Positions 8,814-17,486 are shown, numbered from the stretch's first letter. The stretch: 64,000 bases of DNA from Planctomycetota bacterium (GCA_947501605.1 CANMWZ010000018.1:12780-76779); one strand, 5' to 3'. Translations and numbers: made by a program. Notes: generated from the letters alone by a model not told the origin.

Positions 8814-10135
8814 TTGGTCGTCCACCGTTGCCGGCGCACCTAGAAGCCGCTCTCGCTGCAGGTCGCGCGCAGAACCGCATGATCGCTGAGGGTCGCGTGA
8901 AGGCGATCTCTGGCATCGCCATTCGCGTCAGCGGACTGCGAGCTGCGATCGGCGATGTCTGCACCATTCACTCGCAGAACGGTCGCGAGACGCTGCCGGC
9001 GGAGGTCGTCGGCTTCGACGGGGGCGAGGCCGTCGTGCTCGCACTCGGCGACCAGCATGGCGTCGCGCCATGGGATCTCGTGCGCAACGACCATCGCTCG
9101 CTGCAAGTGCCCGTCGGACCGGCCTTGCTGGGTCGGGTCCTCGACGCGCTCGGTCGTCCCATCGATGGCGGTCCGCCGCTCGAAGCGCCGACCCGATCGA
9201 TCACGGCGACGGCGCCGACTCCACTCGAACGCGCCCCGATCCACGAGCCTCTGGTCACCGGCGTGGCGGCGATCGACGGCTTTGCGACCTGCGGCAAGGG
9301 GCAGCGTATCGGCATCTTCGCGGGTTCCGGCGTCGGCAAGTCGACGCTCATGGGCACCATCGCCAAGAGCGGCTCGGCGGCGGTCAACGTCATTGCGATG
9401 ATCGGTGAGCGCGGCCGCGAAGTCGGTGAGTTTCTCACCGAGTCGCTGGGGCGCGAGGGCATGGCCAAGTCGGTCGTCATCGCGTGCACCTCCGACCAGG
9501 CGCCGATGTTGCGGCTGAAGGCGCCAATGGTCGCAGTCACCATTGCAGAGGCGTTTCGCGAGCAGGGCCAAGACGTGCTGTTCTTGATGGACAGCGTCAC
9601 GCGCTTCGCGATGGCCGCTCGCGAAGTCGGCCTCGCCGCCGGCGAGCCGCCGACGTTGCGCGGCTACCCGCCGTCCTTGTTCGCCAAGCTGCCGCAGCTG
9701 GTCGAACGTCTCGGCAACGACGGGCGCGGTTCGATCACGGGCATGCTGACCGTGCTGGTCGACGGCGACGACATGAACGAACCGGTCGCCGATGCTCTGC
9801 GCGGCTACCTCGACGGTCACATCGTGCTGTCGCGCAAGCTGGCGGAACGCGGGCGCTTTCCGGCAATCGACGTGCTGGCGTCGATCAGCCGTTTGATGCC
9901 GAAGGTCACGACCAAGGAGCACCAGCAGCGGGTGCGCAAGGTGCGCGAGTGGATGGCGCACTACGAGGAGAACCGCGATCTCATCACCGTCGGTGCCTAC
10001 AAGAAGGGCGGCGACCAGTTGCTGGACCAGGCGATTGCCCGTTTGCCGGCAATCGAGGAACTGCTGTTCCATGGCGCCACCCCGCGCCCGCTGGCGGAGA
10101 CCCAGAAGCGACTGCAGCAGCTGGCCGGGAGCTGA
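8810..10135 (+). CDS. fliI: Flagellum-specific ATPase FliI
   Basis: 441 aa. Walker A GIFAGSGVGKSTLMG, Walker B VLFLMDSVTRFAMAAREV, and F1/T3SS-ATPase-like PPSLFAKLPQLVERLG...GSITGMLTVLV. Confidence 0.95.
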   Translation: MIGRPPLPAHLEAALAAGRAQNRMIAEGRVKAISGIAIRVSGLRAAIGDVCTIHSQNGRETLPAEVVGFDGGEAVVLALGDQHGVAPWDLVRNDHRSLQVPVGPALLGRVLDALGRPIDGGPPLEAPTRSITATAPTPLERAPIHEPLVTGVAAIDGFATCGKGQRIGIFAGSGVGKSTLMGTIAKSGSAAVNVIAMIGERGREVGEFLTESLGREGMAKSVVIACTSDQAPMLRLKAPMVAVTIAEAFREQGQDVLFLMDSVTRFAMAAREVGLAAGEPPTLRGYPPSLFAKLPQLVERLGNDGRGSITGMLTVLVDGDDMNEPVADALRGYLDGHIVLSRKLAERGRFPAIDVLASISRLMPKVTTKEHQQRVRKVREWMAHYEENRDLITVGAYKKGGDQLLDQAIARLPAIEELLFHGATPRPLAETQKRLQQLAGS

Positions 10136-10197
10136 GGCGAAGGGGCGACCGGTAGGCGCCCGTTCCACTTCGGTGGAGTTCGCCTCATCAAGAGCCC

Positions 10198-10665
10198 ATG
10201 CCATGGCCGATAGACGAGACCATGGGTCGGTTCCAGTTCCGTTTGGCAGGTCTGCTCCGTCTGCGCACGCAGATGGAGAAGACTGCGCGGCGCACTCTCG
10301 CAGCGGCGATGGGCAACGTCGCCAACGTCGAGCAGCGCATGGCGACGGCCACGATTGGTCTGGCCGAGTGCGAGCAACTGGGATGCGGCACTGACGCGCA
10401 TGCACCGCTGGCGCGCGCCCTGGCGCAGGGCCTCGCGCGGCATCGGTTGCGGCTCCAGAACGAGCTGCGCGCAGCGCATGCGCAACTCGAGCGCACCCGC
10501 GGGGACTGGATCGAACGACGGCGCGAGCAACGCACGCTCGATGTCCTGCGCGACAAGCAGCGCGAAGAATGGCAGATGGAACGGCAGCGCGCCGAACAGC
10601 ACGAACTCGAAGAACTGGCACGCGGCCGCAAGGTCCTCGCGCCCGCTGAGGAGACGCAAGAATGA
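10198..10665 (+). CDS. fliJ: Flagellar export chaperone FliJ (probable)
   Basis: 155 aa predicted coiled coil (FQFRLAGLLRLRTQMEKTARRTLAAAMGNV...), directly after fliI. The stop overlaps the next start (ATGA). The start could instead be the internal Met at 10222. Confidence 0.65.
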   Translation: MPWPIDETMGRFQFRLAGLLRLRTQMEKTARRTLAAAMGNVANVEQRMATATIGLAECEQLGCGTDAHAPLARALAQGLARHRLRLQNELRAAHAQLERTRGDWIERRREQRTLDVLRDKQREEWQMERQRAEQHELEELARGRKVLAPAEETQE

Positions 10666-11759
10666 AGGGGCTCATCGTCAACGTCTTGGTAGGTGTCGGT
10701 CTGTTTGCCGGAGCTCTGGTGGGGGGGCTGATGGCCACGGGTCGCTGGAACAACGCGGGTGTCGCCAACATCCCCGTGCTCAACGGCATGTTCCCGGCAC
10801 CACCTGAGGGCGAAGGCTCGACTGCGGATGGTCACGCCGGCGCGCCGAAGGGCGAGGTTGGCAACAACGGCGGCAACGATGCCCACGGTGCGCCGAGCGA
10901 CGCCAATGCGACGCCGCACGACGGGGCACCCGTCGATGGTGCGCACGCGCAGGACCCGCAGAAGCCGCAAGAGCCACCGCTCGCGCCGCTGAAGCGTGGG
11001 CGTTCCATCGTGCAGAAGGACGAGCCAAAGGGTGGTGGTCACGGCGAGGCGCCCGCGAGCGGGCACGGCGAGAAGCCAGCAGCGCACGGGGCCGAGAAGC
11101 CGAAGAACGAGCACGCTACCCCCGAGCATGGCTCGGCGACCGAGCCTGACGCGAGCCACGGCTCGCTGCCAGACAAGGACTTCGCGCACCTGTCGAACCA
11201 GCTGAAGCAAGAACCCGACATCCGCTATTCGCCAGGGGCCTACTTCCGCTTTGACGGGATGCCTGCTGGGGTGACGCCCGACCAACTCAACGACGCCTGG
11301 AAGAGAGTTCAGGAGGCCGTCGGCGAACTGGAACGCCGCACCAAGGCGCTGGAGCTGCGCGAGCAGGAGTTGCGCGAGTTCTCCGACGACATCGCACGTC
11401 GCCAGACCGAGGTCGGTAAGGAGCGCGCCGAGATCGAAGCGATGCAACGTCGCCTCGACGAACGTGTCGAGCAGTTCCAGGACCAGGTCAAACTGATCAA
11501 GAACGACGAGATCGCCAGCTTGCAGAAGAACGCGAAGAGCTACGAGATCTTCGAACCCAGCAAGGCGGCCGAGCTCATCAAAGACCAGTGGAAGACCGAC
11601 GCTGGCCAGATCGAGATGCTCAAGATGATGGAGTTCATGAGCAAGGAGACGGTGGACCAGATTCTGGCGGCAATGCCCAACGAGCTGGTGCTCGACGTGA
11701 TGGCGAAGCGGCGAAAGATCAGCAGGGAGACGGTGCCACCGGCTGCTCCGCGCAAGTGA
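10662..11759 (+). CDS. MotE/YlxF/FlbB-like flagellar protein: N-terminal TM, His/Gly/Pro-rich linker, coiled coil, MgtE_N-like C-terminus
   Basis: 365 aa. TM segment LIVNVLVGVGLFAGALVGGLMA, then a low-complexity HG/HA-rich stretch (DGHAGAPKGE...GGHGEAPASGHGEKPAAHGAEKPKNEH). A coiled coil follows. The C-terminal PSKAAELIKDQW...IEMLKMMEFMSKETVDQILAAMPNELVLDVMAKR resembles the MgtE_N-type repeat of MotE / B. subtilis YlxF. It occupies the ylxF position after fliJ. Confidence 0.6.
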   Translation: MKGLIVNVLVGVGLFAGALVGGLMATGRWNNAGVANIPVLNGMFPAPPEGEGSTADGHAGAPKGEVGNNGGNDAHGAPSDANATPHDGAPVDGAHAQDPQKPQEPPLAPLKRGRSIVQKDEPKGGGHGEAPASGHGEKPAAHGAEKPKNEHATPEHGSATEPDASHGSLPDKDFAHLSNQLKQEPDIRYSPGAYFRFDGMPAGVTPDQLNDAWKRVQEAVGELERRTKALELREQELREFSDDIARRQTEVGKERAEIEAMQRRLDERVEQFQDQVKLIKNDEIASLQKNAKSYEIFEPSKAAELIKDQWKTDAGQIEMLKMMEFMSKETVDQILAAMPNELVLDVMAKRRKISRETVPPAAPRK

Positions 11760-11833
11760 AGATCTTTTGAACACCGTGAGCGGATCGAGTCGATAGACGA
11801 ACCGAAGGATCGGCGGCGAGGGAGTGACGCAGA

Positions 11834-12355
11834 GTGGCTGACGACAAGAAGAAAGAAGCAGACGCCAAAGCCGAGGACGGCAAGAAGAAGAAGAAGGGCT
11901 TGCCGCCCGTCCTTTTGATCGCCGTCGGTGCTGCCTTGGGCGGTGTCGGCGTCGTGTTCGGAGTGCCGCCAAAGCAGGTGGAAGTCCACGTGCCCGAGGT
12001 GGTGCACACGTTCACGCCGATCCAGCATCCAGACCTCCTCGAGTTCCAATTCAACCCGCGCGCGCAAGCCGGCAAGGCCTACGCGAGCGTGTCGTTCTAC
12101 TTCGTCTACGTCGCCCGCGACGACCGCGAAGAAGCGGCGTTCGAGGCGATCAAGACCAACTGGGATCGCATTCGTTCGCGCGTGCTGGAACTGCTCAGCA
12201 ACACCAGCGTGAGCGATCTCAACGCCGAGAACGGCAAACGCATGCTGGCGAAGGCCTTGGTCGACGACCTCGACGCGACCATCTTCCCCGGCAAGGCAGA
12301 TGAGAAAGTGGCCAAGGTGAGCGAAGTGCTCTGGGCCAAGTGGATCCTTCAGTAG
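11834..12355 (+). CDS. fliL: Flagellar basal body-associated protein FliL
   Basis: 173 aa, GTG start. Lys-rich N-terminus, a single TM (PPVLLIAVGAALGGVGVVFGV) and a FliL-like C-terminal domain (...LSNTSVSDLNAENGKRMLAKALVDDLDA). Located immediately upstream of fliM. Confidence 0.8.
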   Translation: MADDKKKEADAKAEDGKKKKKGLPPVLLIAVGAALGGVGVVFGVPPKQVEVHVPEVVHTFTPIQHPDLLEFQFNPRAQAGKAYASVSFYFVYVARDDREEAAFEAIKTNWDRIRSRVLELLSNTSVSDLNAENGKRMLAKALVDDLDATIFPGKADEKVAKVSEVLWAKWILQ

Positions 12356-12374
12356 CAACCAACCGGACAACTGC

Positions 12375-13355
12375 GTGAACGAGATCCTCAGCAACGAAGA
12401 GATCGACACCCTGCTCGACATGTTTCGAGCCGGAGCGGGCGAGGACGAAGTCCCCGTTGCCGCGCCGAAGCTCGAAACGGTCGTCGACGACCGCATCAGC
12501 GAGGTCGATCTCCTGAAGCCCAACCGCCTCGCGCGCGAGCAGCTGCGCGGGATGGAGCGCTACTTCGAGAGCGCGGGCAAGCTGCTGTCGGCAACGATCT
12601 CGGACAAGCTCCGCATCGACACGCGCTGCGATTGCGTTGCGGTCGAACAGCAGCGATTCGGCACGTGGCTCGAACAGCTCCCCGGACCGGTCGCGATCTA
12701 CGTCTGCAAGATGGAACCGTTCCGGACGCCGGTCTTGCTCACCGCCAGCACCAGTCTGCTGTACGGCGCCGTCGACCGCATCCTCGGGGGTTCTGGTCGC
12801 GTGTCGAGGGTTCCGAAGGACTTCACGCAGGCCGAGTACACCGTTGCCGACGCGCTGATGGGGCCTTGCCTCGATCGCATCGTCGAGAGTCTCGAAGACG
12901 TCATCCCCTTGAAGTGGCAGATCGAGAATCGATTCTGCAACCCGTCGATGGCGCAGATCCTGCCGTCGCAGGATGTGGTGCTCTCGGTCTACTTCCAGGT
13001 TGCGGGCGAGTTCCTGATTGGCGACCTGCGACTGCTGGTGCCGTTCCAGTCGATCGAGCCCTACCTCGACAAGTTCGCCAAAGACAGCGTCACGCGCATG
13101 GAGCCAGGAACGATGCGCGAACAGGTTGCACGAACGGTCAAGAGCGTGCCGCTCGACCTAGCCGTCGAACTCGGCAACGCGCGCATCACGTTGCGTCAAC
13201 TGCTCGATCTTCAGCAAGGCGACGTGATCCCGCTCGATACCCGCTTTGGCAGCCCCGCGGTCGTGCCAGTGATGGGGCGCCCCAAGTTCCTCGGTCAGAT
13301 CGGCCGGATCGGCAACAGGTTGGGTGTGCAGGTTGCCGATGTCATCGGGGCGTAG
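12375..13355 (+). CDS. fliM: Flagellar motor switch protein FliM
   Basis: 326 aa, GTG start. The N-terminal LSNEEIDTLLD is the CheY-P-binding LSQxEIDALL-type motif. The C-terminal SpoA-like region is present (LRQLLDLQQGDVIPLD...PVMGRPKFLGQIGRIGNRLGVQV). Confidence 0.92.
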   Translation: MNEILSNEEIDTLLDMFRAGAGEDEVPVAAPKLETVVDDRISEVDLLKPNRLAREQLRGMERYFESAGKLLSATISDKLRIDTRCDCVAVEQQRFGTWLEQLPGPVAIYVCKMEPFRTPVLLTASTSLLYGAVDRILGGSGRVSRVPKDFTQAEYTVADALMGPCLDRIVESLEDVIPLKWQIENRFCNPSMAQILPSQDVVLSVYFQVAGEFLIGDLRLLVPFQSIEPYLDKFAKDSVTRMEPGTMREQVARTVKSVPLDLAVELGNARITLRQLLDLQQGDVIPLDTRFGSPAVVPVMGRPKFLGQIGRIGNRLGVQVADVIGA

Positions 13356-13358
13356 AGC

Positions 13359-13754
13359 ATGAGCGACTCGTCGATGAATCCTGGTGACGCATGGGAAGCC
13401 GCGGGCGAACTCGCGCGCGCCTCGGCAGAAATGGCCGCGGCGGCCGTGCAGCCGGTTGCGTTCGGCCAGCTTGGCCCGAGCGTGCGCGGCAATGCCCGCA
13501 ACCTCGATCTGCTGCTCGACGTCGAGATCCCGATCTCGGTCGAAGTCGGTCGTGCCCAGATGAGCCTCGAAGAGGTTCTCAAGCTCGTGCCTGGCAGCGT
13601 CGTCGCCCTCGACAAGAAGGCCGAAGAGCCGGTCGATCTGCGAGTGAATGGCAAGCTCGTAGCGCGCGGCGAAGTCGTGCTCGTCGACGACACCTACGGA
13701 CTGCGCATCACGCAGATCGTGGACGCTTCCGGTCGCATCGAAAGCCTGCGCTGA
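13359..13754 (+). CDS. fliN: Flagellar motor switch protein FliN
   Basis: 131 aa. SpoA domain: LDVEIPISVEVGRAQMSLEEVLKLVPGSVVALDKKAEEPVDLRVNGKLVARGEVVLVDDTYGLRITQIV. Confidence 0.93.
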   Translation: MSDSSMNPGDAWEAAGELARASAEMAAAAVQPVAFGQLGPSVRGNARNLDLLLDVEIPISVEVGRAQMSLEEVLKLVPGSVVALDKKAEEPVDLRVNGKLVARGEVVLVDDTYGLRITQIVDASGRIESLR

Positions 13755-13872
13755 GGCTACGGGCCCGGTGCCGGTGACTGTCGTTGGGTCTGCCACCGAG
13801 CAGATCGTTCGAGCCTCGCGAACTCTGCGCCCTCGAGGTGAGCTGGATCGACAGCAAAGAACGCTCTGCATT

Positions 13873-13917
13873 GCCGATGCGCGGACGTAGTCGCGGTGAA
13901 GACCGCAAGGCATCGGC
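13873..13917 (+). terminator. Nested hairpin about 120 nt downstream of fliN; possible operon terminator or structured RNA
   Basis: The outer arms GCCGATGC (13873-13880) and GCATCGGC (13910-13917) are exact reverse complements. An inner hairpin is GCGGT-GAAG-ACCGC (13893-13906). No U-tract follows. It lies in a ~360-nt stretch between fliN and dinB with no convincing ORF. Confidence 0.4.
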
Positions 13918-14115
13918 TTGCGCCTCGGACCGTTCCGCTGCCTCGGGGGTCGCGCCGATCGTCGGTGCGATCGGGTCTGGCCGGCAAGCGTCGTCCCGGA
14001 CTCCCGCGTCAGGCGTCGGAACGAGCGGGCTCATTCCACCGGCCAGAAGCTCTCAGACCGCGGTTGGTTCCTGCGGCTCGCCATCACCGCTCCCAACCCA
14101 GCTATCTTCTGCACG

Positions 14116-14619
14116 ATGTCCCCGCTCGAGGCCCGTCTGCTCGTTACCTACCACCACTGGGCGCGCGATCGCGCGACCGAAGCCGTTGCTCGCCTCACAG
14201 CGGCGCAGTTCACCCAGCCTCTCGGCAATTCCTTTGCCTCCGTGCGCGACACGCTCGCGCATCTCTACGGTGCGGACGTCGTCTGGCTGCAGCGCTTCTG
14301 CGGCAGCAGCCCGAGCGGTCTCCCGCCTGCCGAACAGTTTCTAGACCTTGCCGCGCTGCAGGCCGCGTGGAGCGAAGTCGACGACCGCCTTCGTACCTTC
14401 GTCGCGAGCCTCGACGAACCAGCGCTTGCGACATCGATCACCTACCGCGCCTTCAACGGCCAGGACGCCACGCTGCCCTACTGGCAGATGCTCCAGCACC
14501 TCGTCAACCACGGCAGCTACCACCGCGGCCAGGTCACGACCCTGCTGCGACAACTCGGCGCGCCAGCACCGCGCGGCATGGACCTCGTCGCGTTCTATCG
14601 CGAACGGCAAGTGCACTGA
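14116..14619 (+). CDS. DinB-family (DinB_2 / YfiT-like) metal-dependent protein
   Basis: The track ORF 13918..14619 was trimmed to the internal ATG at 14116 (MSPLEARLLVTYHHWARDR...). A DinB four-helix pattern with a His triad context is present (HHWA ... TLAHLYGADVVW ... LQHLVNHGSYHRGQV). Confidence 0.8.
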   Translation: MSPLEARLLVTYHHWARDRATEAVARLTAAQFTQPLGNSFASVRDTLAHLYGADVVWLQRFCGSSPSGLPPAEQFLDLAALQAAWSEVDDRLRTFVASLDEPALATSITYRAFNGQDATLPYWQMLQHLVNHGSYHRGQVTTLLRQLGAPAPRGMDLVAFYRERQVH

Positions 14620-14845
14620 CCTGCGCCCCGGTGGAGCAGACTAGCGGGTGCCCTGGTCGCGCGCGGTGTCGTTCGATCGAGCTAGCCGCCTGTTGCAGCA
14701 CGCATCCTGCCTGCTTGCGCGGTAGCTGGTCCGATCTCTGCGCCGCGCGAACGGCGTCGAATCTGCAGATCCGACACAGTTTGCGCCACTTGATCTGAAA
14801 CCAGATCCTGAGCCATCGGCGACGGAGCCGTTCGTCAGCAGGCTG

Positions 14846-15025
14846 CTAACGCAGCTTCGCGATCAGCAGCTTGTCGAGCTTGGCCCGGATCTTCACGGAC
14901 TCCTCGCTGCGCGTGAGGGAGTTGCAGATGGCTTTGAGGCTCATGCCTTTGTTGGCCATCTGGTGGAGCTTCTGGATCTCGGTCGGCGTCCACGGCTGAC
15001 GGTGGCGTTCGAAGCGTTCGGTCAT
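14846..15025 (-). CDS. Small (59 aa) Myb/SANT- or GcrA-N-terminal-like HTH protein
   Basis: Only the last 59 codons of track ORF 14846..16027 look coding: MTERFERHRQPWTPTEIQKLHQMANKGMSLKAICNSLTRSEESVKIRAKLDKLLIAKLR. The W-x-x-x-E...L...G.S...IA...R pattern resembles single Myb-like / GcrA-type DNA-binding helices. The segment looks less GC-rich than its flanks (by eye). Confidence 0.5.
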   Translation of the reverse strand: MTERFERHRQPWTPTEIQKLHQMANKGMSLKAICNSLTRSEESVKIRAKLDKLLIAKLR

Positions 15026-15061
15026 GGTGAGGTGGTCGGTCAGTGCGGAGAAGGCGGCCAA

Positions 15062-15110
15062 GCCTAGAAGTGGTTTGTCAAAGCGCCAGCGGCTGCACCG
15101 GTCCTCGGTC
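15062..15110 (+). repeat. Third, partial copy of the GTGGTTT(C/G)TCAAAGCG-initiated leader/promoter motif
   Basis: AGTGGTTTGTCAAAGCGCCAGCGGCTGCACCGGTCCTCGGTCG aligns with the first ~45 nt of the repeats at 16071 and 17487. It lies ~150 nt upstream of the proposed YciI-like lipoprotein start. Confidence 0.5.
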
Positions 15111-15259
15111 GTCGCCGGGGTCGCGGAAGCGAACGATCGGCCCCTGACCGGTCGCCCATGCGGCCGCGGCGCTGCGTGGCAGGCAACGCCGACGATGGTC
15201 AGGCTCGACGACTGGATCTGCTCGCCCTGGCGCCAAAGCCGCGGCATGCTGCGGGCATC

Positions 15260-15952
15260 TTGCGCACCACTTCGCTGCTGCTCGCGGTTGCCTTCTCGAT
15301 CGCTGGTTGCCACACGGCAGAGGCGAACGTCGACGCCGCTCCCTACACGTTGGTCTATCTCAAGACCGGCCCGACCAAGGGCCTGAGCAAAGAGCGGCAG
15401 CAGGAGGTGTTTGCCGGGCACTTCGCGAACATGGAACGGCTCGCGCAGCAAGGCCACTTGGTGCTCGCGGGTCCGTTCGGCACGCGCAAGACCGACGCGT
15501 CCCTGCGCGGCATCTTCGTGCTCGCGACCGGCGACGAGGCGAAAGCGCGCGCGCTGGCCGAGACCGATCCCGGCGTGGTGGCGGGCGTGTTCGTGTTGGA
15601 GTACCACGCGCTCGCGACCGCGGCAGCTCTGCCGAAGTGGGTCGCTGCGGAGATGGCGCGCGACGCGGCGTTGAAGGCGACGGGGAAGACGCCAAAGCCT
15701 GGCGAGTTTGGGCGCGGATTTGTGCTCTTGATTGGCGAGGATGGAGCGAGCGTTCGCCGCGAGTTGACCGGGCAGAAGGGCGTGTTGCTGCTGGCGAGCT
15801 ATGACGAGAAGGGCGCCTTTGCGGTGCTCGATGCGGTCGATTGCGGTGCGGCAACGACGAAGTTCGGTGCAGTCTTGCCAAAGGTCGGCGCGCATCGGCT
15901 GGAAGACTGGTTTGCCAGTCGCGGGCTCGAGCAGTTGCCGCTCATGAAGTGA
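15260..15952 (+). CDS. YciI-like domain lipoprotein
   Basis: Track ORF is 15158..15952. An in-frame TTG at 15260 gives a classic lipoprotein signal, MRTTSLLLAVAFSIAGC (lipobox IAGC). It is followed by a YciI-like fold pattern (YTLVYLKTGP...FAGHFANMERLAQQGHLVLAGPF...DPGVVAGVFVLEYHAL). The start codon is uncertain. Confidence 0.7.
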   Translation: MRTTSLLLAVAFSIAGCHTAEANVDAAPYTLVYLKTGPTKGLSKERQQEVFAGHFANMERLAQQGHLVLAGPFGTRKTDASLRGIFVLATGDEAKARALAETDPGVVAGVFVLEYHALATAAALPKWVAAEMARDAALKATGKTPKPGEFGRGFVLLIGEDGASVRRELTGQKGVLLLASYDEKGAFAVLDAVDCGAATTKFGAVLPKVGAHRLEDWFASRGLEQLPLMK

Positions 15953-16070
15953 CCACGGCACCAAGCCGAGCCCGCAACGCGACTGCTCCCGTGTAGACAC
16001 GCACGTGGAGCGGCCAAGCCTTGGCAAAGACGGCGCATCTTCACGGTTCCTGCGGAGTCGCAGGCTAGGA

Positions 16071-16223
16071 GTGGTTTCTCAAAGCGCCAGCGCCTGCGGC
16101 CGGCACGTCGGTCGATGGCTGTGTCGCGAACTCCCAGCGGAATCCACGGATCCCGCCATCAGTCCGCTCCTTGTCCTCAACTGTCGTGGCTCGGTCGCGC
16201 GCGCAGGCCATTTGGGCAACCAC
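16071..16223 (+). repeat. Conserved ~155-nt 5' leader, copy A (upstream of paralog A1)
   Basis: Aligns colinearly with 17487-17640 at high identity by eye, including identical runs CGATGGCTGTGTCGCGAACTC and GCGGAATCCACGGATCCCGCCA. Indels change the reading frame between the copies, so it is not coding. It begins with GTGGTTTCTCAAAGCG. Confidence 0.8.
16079..16106 (+). promoter_or_regulatory. Candidate sigma-28-like promoter inside leader copy A
   Basis: TCAAAG (16079-16084) and GCCGGCAC (16099-16106) have the same spacing as the copy B site. The -10 is weaker (GCCG only). Confidence 0.25.
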
Positions 16224-16301
16224 TCCGTGGAAGGCGCCTCGTCGCCCTGCCATGCGGTGGTGCTGCTTCCTCTTCTCCACACAGACTTCGCGATTCCTCC
16301 A

Positions 16302-17411
16302 ATGCGTCATCTCACTATCCCCACGGGGCTCCTTCTCAGTCTTTCCGTTGCCAGCATGTCGGTCTCGGCTGCGGCCCAAGTCTTGGCCAGCGACAGCTTT
16401 TCCTATGCCGGGGCGCTGACGGCCAACGGTTGGGCGGCACACAGCGGTGCTGGCGCGAAGCTGATTCTCTCGAATGGCTCCATCGCGACGTTGAACCAGG
16501 GCCCGGGCTCGGGCGAAGACGTCAACTTGGCGTTCCCCGCGCTGACCGCGACCGACACGGTGTTCGCCTCGTTCACGTTGAATGTGCCGTCGGGCACCCC
16601 GGTCACGCCGCCCGCCGCCGGTCTCTACTTCGCGCACTTCAAGGACACGACGACACTGTTCCGCGCCCGCACCGGCGTCGTGGCGCCAACTGCTGGCGGC
16701 AACTTCCGTATCGCGATCCATGCCGACAACGCCAACCTCTCGCTCGGCACGTCGTGGCCGACGGAGCAGGTGTTCAATACCGACTACAAGGTCGTCATCA
16801 GCTGGAACGCGGCGACCGGTCAGTCGCAGCTGTGGATCGATCCGACGGCTGTGACGGATCCGTCGATCTCCCACACGGGCACGTTGGTCGGCACGATCAT
16901 CTCGCAGTTCGCGCTGCGTCAGGCGAGTGACTACACCGGCTTCCTCACCATCGACGACGTGCTCGTCGGCCGCACGTTCGCCGATGTCTGTGGAACTCCG
17001 GGTAGCTACACCACCTTCGGCGCCGGCTGCGCCAGCTCGGTCGGTGTCGCAACCAACACGGCGAGCCCGGTCCCCGCGATCGGTGTCACCACGGTGGTCA
17101 CGCTCTCGCCGGTGCCGAACCCCGGCGTCGGGCTGCTCCTGATCGGCTCGAGCAACACGTTCTCGAACTCGTTCGGCCCGCTGCCGCTCGACCTCACGTT
17201 CTTCGGTGCGCCTGGCTGCAGTGGTCGCGTCAGCGATGACGTCGCGCAGTTCTTCGGCATTGGTGCGGGCAGCATCAGCTTCAACGTCGGCATCCCGAAC
17301 GACCCGTTCTTCGTCGGCCTCCAGCTCTACACCCAGGGCCTCGTGTTCGAGAACGTGAACGCGCTCGGCATCGTGTTCTCGGATGCCGCGACGATGGTGA
17401 TCGGCGGTTGA
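16302..17411 (+). CDS. Secreted protein A1: signal peptide, beta-rich N-domain of unknown function and the shared C-terminal domain
   Basis: The track ORF 16005..17411 was trimmed to ATG 16302 (MRHLTIPTGLLLSLSVASMSVSAAAQ, a Sec signal). It is a paralog of 17721..18818 over its full length. The tail ...FGAGCASSVGV...GLLLIGSSN...GPLPLDLTFFGAPGCSGRVS...VGIPNDPFFVGLQLYTQGLVFENVNALGIVFSDAATMVIGG carries the shared C-terminal domain. Confidence 0.85.
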   Translation: MRHLTIPTGLLLSLSVASMSVSAAAQVLASDSFSYAGALTANGWAAHSGAGAKLILSNGSIATLNQGPGSGEDVNLAFPALTATDTVFASFTLNVPSGTPVTPPAAGLYFAHFKDTTTLFRARTGVVAPTAGGNFRIAIHADNANLSLGTSWPTEQVFNTDYKVVISWNAATGQSQLWIDPTAVTDPSISHTGTLVGTIISQFALRQASDYTGFLTIDDVLVGRTFADVCGTPGSYTTFGAGCASSVGVATNTASPVPAIGVTTVVTLSPVPNPGVGLLLIGSSNTFSNSFGPLPLDLTFFGAPGCSGRVSDDVAQFFGIGAGSISFNVGIPNDPFFVGLQLYTQGLVFENVNALGIVFSDAATMVIGG

Positions 17412-17486
17412 GCCCAAAGCGGAGAGTTGGCAACGCCTGCGTCCAACGGACGTAGGCGCACAATCGCCATACTGCGGGCCGTAGAC

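Noticed and set aside
4358-11972. Long minus-strand ORFs over the flagellar operon (4358-6400, 6470-7810, 8840-10789, 10188-11972)
   Set aside because: They are antisense shadows of confidently identified flgB through fliL genes, and their composition is Arg/Ala/Pro-rich.
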